A DNA stretch of 64,000 nt, taken from Thermoproteota archaeon (lineage in GTDB: Archaea > Thermoproteota > EX4484-205 > JAAOZP01). The DNA lies in NCBI GenBank assembly GCA_038850115.1, contig JAWCMB010000002.1, forward strand, positions 4,385 to 68,384. The letters are read 5' to 3'. The notes below the pieces were generated by a model, which was not told the origin of the DNA, did not search any database, and saw only the letters and a list, made by a program, of their open reading frames with translations. A program made the position numbers and the translations under genes. Below are positions 46,052-53,098 of this stretch, piece by piece; positions within the stretch are counted from its first letter, which is position 1, and each line of letters starts with the position of its first letter.

Positions 46052-46201
46052 ATGGCTGTGAGCAACCTGCTTGAGAAAACACTAGTAACACTGCTTTCCG
46101 CAATTTTTCTGGGTTTAAGCTTAGCCTACGTAGCGGACCGAGTGATACCCTTGCTTAAGCAGGTATATGAAAGCGTTGTAAATCTGCTCGCCGCCGGTTA
46201 G
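46052..46201 (+). CDS. Candidate 49-aa helical-hairpin membrane mini-protein
   Basis: MAVSNLLEKTLVTLLSAIFLGLSLAYVADRVIPLLKQVYESVVNLLAAG. SD-like GGAGGAGG lies upstream. Below the ORF-track cutoff. Confidence 0.35.
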   Translation: MAVSNLLEKTLVTLLSAIFLGLSLAYVADRVIPLLKQVYESVVNLLAAG

Positions 46202-46219
46202 GAGCAGGAGGAGAACAGG

Positions 46220-46600
46220 TTGAACGAAATTCTTGAAGAACATTTGAAAGACGCGCTCTGGATATCTTTAACAGTTGCAGTAAGTTTCACACTGTTCCAA
46301 GCTACGGGCGCTGTCAGGATGATGCTTCTGAAAAGGGTTTCTGAAAGCATCGTGCTGCTGATAGGAAAGTATGCGGATCTCTCGGCAGAATACGGAGGAG
46401 AATTCACCGTGTCGATCCCAAGGACATTATTGTTTAACTATTCAATAATACTGAATGATAATGAATACTCCGTTCTGATTCAGGGAATCCAGGTGTTTAA
46501 CGGGACTGGGAAACACAGGTTTAGCAGCGTAACTTTGGAGGCCGGCGAAACATACTCCGTCAGAACGCTGGGCAATAGGATTGTTTTGACTAAACGTTGA
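46220..46600 (+). CDS. N-terminally anchored 126-aa protein (beta-rich ectodomain predicted)
   Basis: TTG start after GGAGGAG. EILEEHLKDALWISLTVAVSFTLF then ...FTVSIPRTLLFNYSIILNDNEYSVLIQGIQVFNGTG.. Confidence 0.45.
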   Translation: MNEILEEHLKDALWISLTVAVSFTLFQATGAVRMMLLKRVSESIVLLIGKYADLSAEYGGEFTVSIPRTLLFNYSIILNDNEYSVLIQGIQVFNGTGKHRFSSVTLEAGETYSVRTLGNRIVLTKR

Positions 46601-46728
46601 GCGACAAGATCCTGGATTTCCTAACGTCATCGTTCGTAATGTTCCTCCTGGTCTTGGAACTGGGGCTGGCTGTTCTGCTTACTTTAAGCAATGTTTCCAC
46701 TCTAGTTGAGCTTATTGGGCAAGCGTGA
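46597..46728 (+). CDS. Candidate 43-aa hydrophobic mini-protein
   Basis: TTG start overlapping the previous stop (gTTGA). (M)SDKILDFLTSSFVMFLLVLELGLAVLLTLSNVSTLVELIGQA. The stop overlaps the next GTG (GTGA). Confidence 0.3.
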   Translation: MSDKILDFLTSSFVMFLLVLELGLAVLLTLSNVSTLVELIGQA

Positions 46729-47120
46729 AGAACATGCTGTTCTTCGAAGATATTTTGACGGTTGCCTTAAGCACCCTCCTACTAATATTGATAATATCTG
46801 TCTCGCAGAGCGTTAAAGCAAGGTTTGGGAAACTAGACGTGATGGAAGCCGATTTAGCTTTAGGGAACAGTATTGCCGGAATACCCGTGGAGGAGCTGGG
46901 GGATGCTGAAAAACTGCTTAGCGGGGTGGTTGAAACCCTGGATTCCAGCGGAGTCAAGTGGGTCAGCATAGAGCTCTTGAGCAGGAAGCATGGAAGAATA
47001 TTCTTGGAAAATAAACGGGTTTTGGAGCGTTCGAGTGGACGGGACGCGAGATACGTTAGAATCGTCAGAGTCAGCAGCGGGGACACGGTGGTCATAACGG
47101 TAGGCGTCGAAAATGATTAA
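46725..47120 (+). CDS. N-terminally anchored 131-aa protein
   Basis: NMLFFEDILTVALSTLLLILIISV then a soluble domain. Translationally coupled to both flanking ORFs. Confidence 0.45.
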   Translation: MKNMLFFEDILTVALSTLLLILIISVSQSVKARFGKLDVMEADLALGNSIAGIPVEELGDAEKLLSGVVETLDSSGVKWVSIELLSRKHGRIFLENKRVLERSSGRDARYVRIVRVSSGDTVVITVGVEND

Positions 47121-47610
47121 AACATGGTTGATACCGATAGTTGTCTCAACGATAATCATGGTTTCTCTACTAACAGTGAACACGATGGTTTTCACTGGCT
47201 GCATTTTTCTAGAAGGCTTTTTAAAACAGAAGGCGAAGGCTGTTTTAGCCGACACTATAGCAAATGATGTTTTCAAGACTGTGGAAAGCATTGCGGAGGC
47301 AAACGTTTATTCTTCAAGAAACAATTTCTCTGAATTAGAGAAAAGCCTCGCAGGTGAGATGGAACGGTTCAGAGAAGAAATCCTTGGCAGTGAGGAATAC
47401 TTCAACAGGTGTGGAGTATCCGTCCAGTTCAACTATCGTATTGAAACCCGTGGGGAAACATGCCTAGTGGAAATCGTAAGCAGCGTTAACGTGAAAGATC
47501 TTGAAGGCTTCTTCACGATGGAACGTGCTCACGACACTGTTATAATCGCCGGGTTCTGCGCGGGTGTTGAAACGTCTGGTGAAGGTGCTTTCCCGAAAAA
47601 CTCTTCATAA
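47113..47610 (+). CDS. N-terminally anchored 165-aa protein
   Basis: MIKTWLIPIVVSTIIMVSLLTV then a mixed alpha/beta domain. Overlaps the previous ORF by 8 nt and the convergent TFB gene by 82 nt. Confidence 0.45.
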   Translation: MIKTWLIPIVVSTIIMVSLLTVNTMVFTGCIFLEGFLKQKAKAVLADTIANDVFKTVESIAEANVYSSRNNFSELEKSLAGEMERFREEILGSEEYFNRCGVSVQFNYRIETRGETCLVEIVSSVNVKDLEGFFTMERAHDTVIIAGFCAGVETSGEGAFPKNSS

Positions 47611-48479
47611 GTTTCTCTAACACTGTATTCAGCATACCCAACATACCCCGCCAGCTCCCTTTGAGTCACAGGGTTTTTAATCCTCAGCATGGCTGCGGCC
47701 TCTTTCGACGCAGCATAAATGGCTGCTGCTAAACATATCATTGGGTTTTTACCGTGAAAATAGTAGTGCCTAGACTTCAAATCGTTGAACAGTTTTACCG
47801 ACATGGTTCTAAGGGCACTGAGAAAAGCCTCTCTTTCCTCGAGACCCCTTAGCTTGCCGTTACTCCTCCTCATCACAGATATTATTTCGTTAATAGTTTT
47901 AATAGCGTCGATTTTCGCTTCAACAACCCCAATTTCCCTAGCATTATAAATCACGTTGAACAGGTCTCTCGGCTTGATCTTGAAGCCTATACTCTGAAGA
48001 TAAGCCTGGATCTTCTTGTACTGGGGAACTATGTTCAGACTGTAGGATCTTGCTGCACTGACTACGGAGTACGTTGCAATCGCCGCCAGATTTGCCTTCC
48101 TGTTTCTACCACGAGAATCATGCAGCAGGGTTAAGCCGATGCTGTGGGAAAACATTCTTATCGAGGGCCCCAGGTGGAAATTGCTACATATCTTGTCGAT
48201 TATCCATTTCAACTCGTTCTCCTTCCTCGCGGCCGAGTAGAAGATGTTTCTTTGAAGCCTGGAAAGATTGTTCCCAGGACCCTGATCCGCAATCAGGCTC
48301 CCATAACAGGAATCCTCCTGAACCACATGATCCTGATCGTAGGATGTAACATATTTGTCTAAAACATCAATAACCAAGCCGCATCTGCTGCAGACAAGCT
48401 CGTTACCCGAGTTAACCAGCTGGGAGCTGCAGCTGGGGCATTTGGCGGGAGCGGGTTCTGCGGCGGCTTCCTGCTTCAT
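47529..48479 (-). CDS. Divergent transcription factor B (TFIIB) paralog
   Basis: N-terminal Zn ribbon CPSCSSQLVNSGNELVCSRCG followed by two cyclin-like repeats (..AAIATYSVVSAAR.., ..ICLAAAIYAASKEA..TQRELA). Start set at ATG 48479, with TATA TTTTATT 24 nt upstream. The track ORF runs to 48518. Confidence 0.7.
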   Translation of the reverse strand: MKQEAAAEPAPAKCPSCSSQLVNSGNELVCSRCGLVIDVLDKYVTSYDQDHVVQEDSCYGSLIADQGPGNNLSRLQRNIFYSAARKENELKWIIDKICSNFHLGPSIRMFSHSIGLTLLHDSRGRNRKANLAAIATYSVVSAARSYSLNIVPQYKKIQAYLQSIGFKIKPRDLFNVIYNAREIGVVEAKIDAIKTINEIISVMRRSNGKLRGLEEREAFLSALRTMSVKLFNDLKSRHYYFHGKNPMICLAAAIYAASKEAAAMLRIKNPVTQRELAGYVGYAEYSVRETYEEFFGKAPSPDVSTPAQNPAIITVS

Positions 48480-48599
48480 TTTCAAAAATACTGTTTGCAG
48501 AACAATAAAAGTAGCCATGAAAAAAAGTTATGGCTTAGAATAAGCCTCTTACTTCAGAAAGTATTAAAAATAGGGAGTGTACTGTAAAAGTGATGTTAA

Positions 48600-49025
48600 A
48601 TGATGAGAACAGGGTTTACGACAGAAGTTAACCGTCTGATAGGAAAAAAGGTTGTCGTCGCCACTCAGAGCGGCGAAGAGCTTTCAGGCGTTTTGGCTTC
48701 ACTGGACACCGACACATTCTCAATCATTTTGAACGACGTTGAGTTGAAAGACGGCAAGAAGATTCCTAAGGCAATACTCAACGGCAGAGACGTAAGGAGG
48801 ATAGAGCTTAGAACCGCGATAGTGGATATGAGGAAGCTGGCTGAGAGAATAGAAAGAGTATTCCCCAAGATGGTCCAGTATAATGAGGAGGCTGGAGTCA
48901 TAGTAGTGATGAACAGGATAAGAGTTACTGAAAACGGCGTCATAGAGGGAAGCGGGCTCGCCGCTGAAAAGGTGAACGAGATATACCACGAGTATATTAG
49001 GGAGAGTTCCGCGGAGAAGCCATAG
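48600..49025 (+). CDS. Sm-like (LSm) protein with C-terminal extension (SmAP3-like)
   Basis: 141 aa. N-terminal LIGKKVVVATQSGEELSGVLASLDTDTFSIILNDVE is Sm-fold-like. It carries an extra C-terminal domain, as in crenarchaeal SmAP3. Confidence 0.5.
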   Translation: MMRTGFTTEVNRLIGKKVVVATQSGEELSGVLASLDTDTFSIILNDVELKDGKKIPKAILNGRDVRRIELRTAIVDMRKLAERIERVFPKMVQYNEEAGVIVVMNRIRVTENGVIEGSGLAAEKVNEIYHEYIRESSAEKP

Positions 49026-49034
49026 CGCGCGCAA

Positions 49035-49670
49035 TCAGGACTCGGAAAAATATTTTTTAAGGAAGCTTAGAACACCACTGTAAGCAGTTTTAGCCGCAGT
49101 AAGGTCGGGGCTCTCTCCACCGGTCTCTACGAGAATACATGCACTATCCAAACCGTGTAGGCTTGCAAGCCCAGGTATCAAGCCAGCTGCCCCCACAACG
49201 GTCCCCCTCAAAGGCAGGAAGCCAAGAGAAGCCCCAAGCAGAGAAACCTTCCAGTTTGTTGAAGAAACATAGATTCTTCTCTTCTCACCCACCCGGGCGA
49301 TAGCGTACCCGCCAATACCGATGACGACTCTCAACCCTGAATCCTCGGCGATCTCCACCAGCTTCCTGGCTAACTCATACTGGCCAGTTTGGTTAGCCGG
49401 TTGGGAAGCCCCTCTTACGACAATAATCCCCTTCAGCTCGCCTACACGTATTTTACTGACAGTTATTTTCGGGGGAGTTATCAAACCCTCTCTGGAGGTT
49501 ACTGACACGTATAGAAGAGACTCCGGGTAAAGCTCTAACAAGGGGATGTTTTCAGCCGCAGACTCCATGAGGAGCTCCCCCGTTAAAGAGCCCACTAATC
49601 CGATGCCGGGCAGACATACTAGCATGCAATCTGCAGTCCAAGCCTCATTCCTGAGGATTTTCTTCAGCAA
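49035..49670 (-). CDS. PAC2-family protein (second paralog)
   Basis: 211 aa. MLVCLPGIGLVGSLTGELL...RGASQP......YELA..L.E.A...G...VIGIGG. Confidence 0.55.
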   Translation of the reverse strand: MLKKILRNEAWTADCMLVCLPGIGLVGSLTGELLMESAAENIPLLELYPESLLYVSVTSREGLITPPKITVSKIRVGELKGIIVVRGASQPANQTGQYELARKLVEIAEDSGLRVVIGIGGYAIARVGEKRRIYVSSTNWKVSLLGASLGFLPLRGTVVGAAGLIPGLASLHGLDSACILVETGGESPDLTAAKTAYSGVLSFLKKYFSES

Positions 49671-49920
49671 CCTCCCCCCCTCCGCGTAGAAAAACCATCC
49701 TCCTTATTAAAACTTTTTAGGGTTTTTCAAGCCTAGAGGAAGAAGGAGGCCAATGGGCATTATGAAAAACGCGTTTTCTGTTCCAAGACACCCATCGTGA
49801 TTCCTTTTCAACCCAGAGAAAAATTGCATGTAGCTGTCACTTCAGAAGGCCTTATAGAATATGATAGTATCCCACTCTACTTCAAATCAGTGAATTCATG
49901 CAACAAATTTCCTTCGGCTC

Positions 49921-50544
49921 TTAACCCGCGGCAATCGCATCGTTCTGGGGCTCTACGAAGAAAACAGAATATTTATACTGCCATGTACCGTTAGGCCAGA
50001 AGAATTTACTCCTGATCAGGACGAGCACGAAGCTGTGCCACTCAGGGGCTGTAATTACGGAGCCTTTATGCATCGCGTAGGAGAAGATGACGTTGTACGA
50101 TAAAGGGTTCATATAAGTCATGTAGACACCCTTGTAACCATCTGCACGCATCCTTTTTACGAGCGTCTCGGAGAAGTTGACGCATGTGAAGCTCTCGTTG
50201 TAGGCGAGCCCGTCAGTGTCATCATTTTCCAACCAGTGCCTGAGATCCTCGAAGCTTTCGAAGAATTTTCCGGCTTCCTCCTTCTCGAGCATCAGAGTAT
50301 AGTTGGTGGAGAGGGATTCATATTTTCTCTCCAGTTCGGCGAGAAGGCTTTGTTTCTCCTCAATAGCGTTTATCATCACACGCTGGCTTTCAACAATACC
50401 CCTGAGCCTACTGTTCTCGGCAAACAGGAAAATCGAGGAAACAAGTAATACGAGCAAGAGCACGAACTCTATTATCCTCCCCCTTTTTCTCATCCTGAAA
50501 ATGCTACGGACCCGCAGGTTAAAAATCTTGGGCAGTTCTTCCAT
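49921..50544 (-). CDS. Membrane-anchored hypothetical protein with coiled coil and Cys/His-containing ectodomain
   Basis: 207 aa. TM helix IIEFVLLLVLLVSSIFLF, a coiled-coil stretch, then ...FTCVNFSE...HSFVLV...EPQND, a possible transglutaminase/peptidase-like C-H-D arrangement (speculative). Confidence 0.35.
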   Translation of the reverse strand: MEELPKIFNLRVRSIFRMRKRGRIIEFVLLLVLLVSSIFLFAENSRLRGIVESQRVMINAIEEKQSLLAELERKYESLSTNYTLMLEKEEAGKFFESFEDLRHWLENDDTDGLAYNESFTCVNFSETLVKRMRADGYKGVYMTYMNPLSYNVIFSYAMHKGSVITAPEWHSFVLVLIRSKFFWPNGTWQYKYSVFFVEPQNDAIAAG

Positions 50545-50793
50545 GTTTTCAGCCGGAAAAAAGAGGAAGTGTTCAGCAGAGCTGATTAGGGCTAAGGGAG
50601 GGGGACCGAGAAAGTATTCTTGAGCACCGGGTCCGAGCCCGCTGCAGCCTGGTAGGCAGCAGCGAGGATATATGCTAGAGCAGTATTAGACGCCCTTAGG
50701 AACTAGATAATACGGGATTCAAACGCATATTCTGGAGAAGGCTTAAAACTTTAAATAAAAGAAGGAGAAACCCCCAGTGAAGAGGATTAAATC

Positions 50794-52050
50794 ATGCTTA
50801 TAAAATTTCTTGGTGGAGTACGTGAAGTAGGAAGATCCGCCATTTACTTGGCGGGCGGGGAAAAACGCTTCCTCCTAGACGCTGGAGTAATGCTCACCGG
50901 GAGGAAGGTAAAGTACCCTATGCACATCCCGCCGAGGGAGGTGGATGGAATCATCGTAACGCACGCCCATTTGGACCATGTGGGAGCCGCGCCCATATTT
51001 TTCATAAGCGGGGAGAGAGACGCTTTTTTAACAAGTTTAACAGCACCCTTGGCAAAACTCATTCTGCTAGACTTCCTCAAGGTTTCTAAGGAACTAGTCC
51101 CGTTTGAAGTGCTTGAGGTAGATAGATTCATAAGTAAATCGAGAAAGCTGGATTACCAGCAGGAGTACTCTAGGGACGGGTTTAAACTAACCTTTTTATC
51201 AGCAGGCCATACTCCAGGTGGTGGACAGGCACTGCTTGAGCTTGACGGGCGGAAAATCCTTTACACTGGAGACATTAACACTATCGAGACAACCTTGCTT
51301 AAAGGAGCCTACACCAATTATCCTAAGATCGACATAGCAATAGTTGAGAGTACTTATGCAAATAAGAATCATCCTCCTAGAGAAGAGGTTGAAGAGAAAT
51401 TCGTCAGAAGACTTAAGGAGACTGTTGAACAAGCCGGCATAGCGCTTGTACCAGCCTTCGGATTGGGAAGGTCTCAGGAAGTGATAACGATACTGGCTAA
51501 ACATGGTTTCCCCTACGACGTCTATTACGACGGCATGGCTAGAACGGTGACTGAAGTACTGTTTGATTTCCCGGAGTGGCTGGCTGAGCCGGGTCTCCTG
51601 GAGAGGGCGGCTAGGCAAGTAATATGGGTAAACACTCAGAGGCAGCGAGAAGGAGCCTTAAAGAAGCCGGGTGTGATCGTCACGCCCGCAGGAATGCTTC
51701 AAGGGGGGCCCGTCAACTTTTATCTGAAAGAGGTTGGAAAATCGGACAGGAACCTTATAGCTTTCGTCAGCTACCAGGTTGAGGGAACGCCTGGAAGGCT
51801 TGTCTTAGAGAAGAAAATAGTAACAGTTGAAGGGAAACTGGCTAAAGTTAAGGCTGAAGTAAAACAGTTCGAATTATCCTCTCACAGCGGGAAGGATCAG
51901 CTTAAGGAACTGCTAAGCAGGATTAACGCGGAGAAAACTTTCATAGTCCATGGTGATGAGGACAACTGTGAGAAACTGGCGGAGTACGCTAGAAACAGTC
52001 TTGGGCTTGACGCGACAGCCCCGAGACTTGGGGAAAGCTACACTGTTTAA
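50794..52050 (+). CDS. Beta-CASP/metallo-beta-lactamase ribonuclease (aCPSF2/RNase J-like, no KH domains)
   Basis: 418 aa. GGVREVGRS..YL......LLDAG then VTHAHLDHVGA..., GHTPGG, and C-terminal SSHSG...L......VHGD. Confidence 0.7.
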   Translation: MLIKFLGGVREVGRSAIYLAGGEKRFLLDAGVMLTGRKVKYPMHIPPREVDGIIVTHAHLDHVGAAPIFFISGERDAFLTSLTAPLAKLILLDFLKVSKELVPFEVLEVDRFISKSRKLDYQQEYSRDGFKLTFLSAGHTPGGGQALLELDGRKILYTGDINTIETTLLKGAYTNYPKIDIAIVESTYANKNHPPREEVEEKFVRRLKETVEQAGIALVPAFGLGRSQEVITILAKHGFPYDVYYDGMARTVTEVLFDFPEWLAEPGLLERAARQVIWVNTQRQREGALKKPGVIVTPAGMLQGGPVNFYLKEVGKSDRNLIAFVSYQVEGTPGRLVLEKKIVTVEGKLAKVKAEVKQFELSSHSGKDQLKELLSRINAEKTFIVHGDEDNCEKLAEYARNSLGLDATAPRLGESYTV

Positions 52051-52097
52051 CCATGCTGTGCAAGGGCCTGGTTCACGCTTAGACCGAACAGAGAAAA

Positions 52098-52192
52098 TGG
52101 GCCGGGCCGGATTTTCGATAATCTGCATGCTTTTCGAACCGGCGACCTCTGCCGTGTGAGGGCAGCGTCCTAACCATCTGAACGACCGGCCC
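52098..52192 (-). tRNA. tRNA-Val(CAC) with 21-nt intron in the T-loop (52112-52132, position 59/60)
   Basis: Acceptor GGGCCGG/CCGGCCC, D stem GTTC/GGAC, anticodon stem CTGCC/GGCAG, loop CT-CAC-AC. The T arm GCCGG-TTCGAA|intron|T-CCGGC becomes a 7-nt TTCGAAT loop after removal. BHB ruler: central TTCG/CGAA, bulges AA|A and AA|T. Confidence 0.8.
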
Positions 52193-52302
52193 AACCATAT
52201 CTTAAAGACGCTCTTTTATATTCTTTTCTCCTTAATGCAGACATTGGGATTTGGGACGGGGACCAGCGGAGATTAGGCGAATATTCAGCCAGAGATGACC
52301 TA

Positions 52303-52470
52303 TCACTTCTTGGCTCTTCTCTCAGTCCTCTTCGGCCTCAAATTCTTACTGTGGCATTTCCGGCATTTCTTTGCTTCAATAGCGTTTCTTGCGCCACAGT
52401 CCCTACATATCATGAACCGTAGCCTCCGCTTCTTAACGATTTCAATCAGCACAGGGTCGCTTATCTTCAT
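52303..52470 (-). CDS. rpl40e: 50S ribosomal protein L40e, 55 aa, below the ORF-track cutoff
   Basis: Hand translation MKISDPVLIEIVKKRRLRFMICRDCGARNAIEAKKCRKCHSKNLRPKRTERRAKK (CxxC...CxxC ribbon). Confidence 0.8.
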   Translation of the reverse strand: MKISDPVLIEIVKKRRLRFMICRDCGARNAIEAKKCRKCHSKNLRPKRTERRAKK

Positions 52471-52588
52471 GCTGCCGACATCTCCGGTTAATTAGCGGTT
52501 CCAGCACGCCTTTTAAAAGGTTTTCTTCAAGCACGGTTATTGGAGAGAAGGAAGATTTAAAAACAGTTTAATGGTGCCAAGGTAGTAT

Positions 52589-53086
52589 ATGAAAATACCT
52601 TTCTGCGATTTCTGCGTGAAAAGCGGAAGTTTATGCCAGAAATGTAAAGAGCTCATAGACAGCGGTAGGAACAGCGCATTGGATCTAACGCTTTCCAGAA
52701 TCCTGCTGGAGGAAGCCGGCAGGATGCATGAGCTCGACAAGGTTGAGTTTAGAAAAGCTTACGCAGAGGATGATTTTCTACTCGTTTTAAGCAACAACGA
52801 GGGAGTGAAAGTATTTAGGGACAGGGAGGAGCTTAAGGAGAGAATCAGAAGGGAGACAGGCGTCGAGAAAGTCATCGTAGTGGATTACAGGAAAGACCAG
52901 AAGAGGAAGCTTGAGGAACTCGTATACCCCCTTAGAATAGTCGGGCTAAGCAAGGTTTGGCTTCCAGGAAACATGATGGAGTTTAAAATCCTGATTGAGG
53001 GAGGAGAATTGGATGATAAGCGTCTTCAGAAGCTTGAGAAGCTTGCTAAAAAACTCGGTATCAGCGTCAGGATTCAAGCTTCCTGA
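52589..53086 (+). CDS. Zn-ribbon + KH-like (NusA-like) RNA-binding protein
   Basis: 165 aa. N-terminal CDFCVKSGSLCQKC then a domain resembling archaeal NusA-like KH proteins. Assigned from memory of the family; not verified. Confidence 0.4.
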   Translation: MKIPFCDFCVKSGSLCQKCKELIDSGRNSALDLTLSRILLEEAGRMHELDKVEFRKAYAEDDFLLVLSNNEGVKVFRDREELKERIRRETGVEKVIVVDYRKDQKRKLEELVYPLRIVGLSKVWLPGNMMEFKILIEGGELDDKRLQKLEKLAKKLGISVRIQAS

Positions 53087-53098
53087 GAATGATGAAAA

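Noticed and set aside
48598-48642. C box-like ATGATGA followed by CTGA (possible C/D box sRNA).
   Set aside because: The boxes are only about 31 nt apart with no C'/D' boxes. They coincide with the start of the Sm-like CDS (MMRTGF...).
51913-52194. 93-aa minus-strand ORF and 69-aa plus-strand ORF near 52 kb.
   Set aside because: They overlap the beta-CASP gene end and tRNA-Val(CAC).
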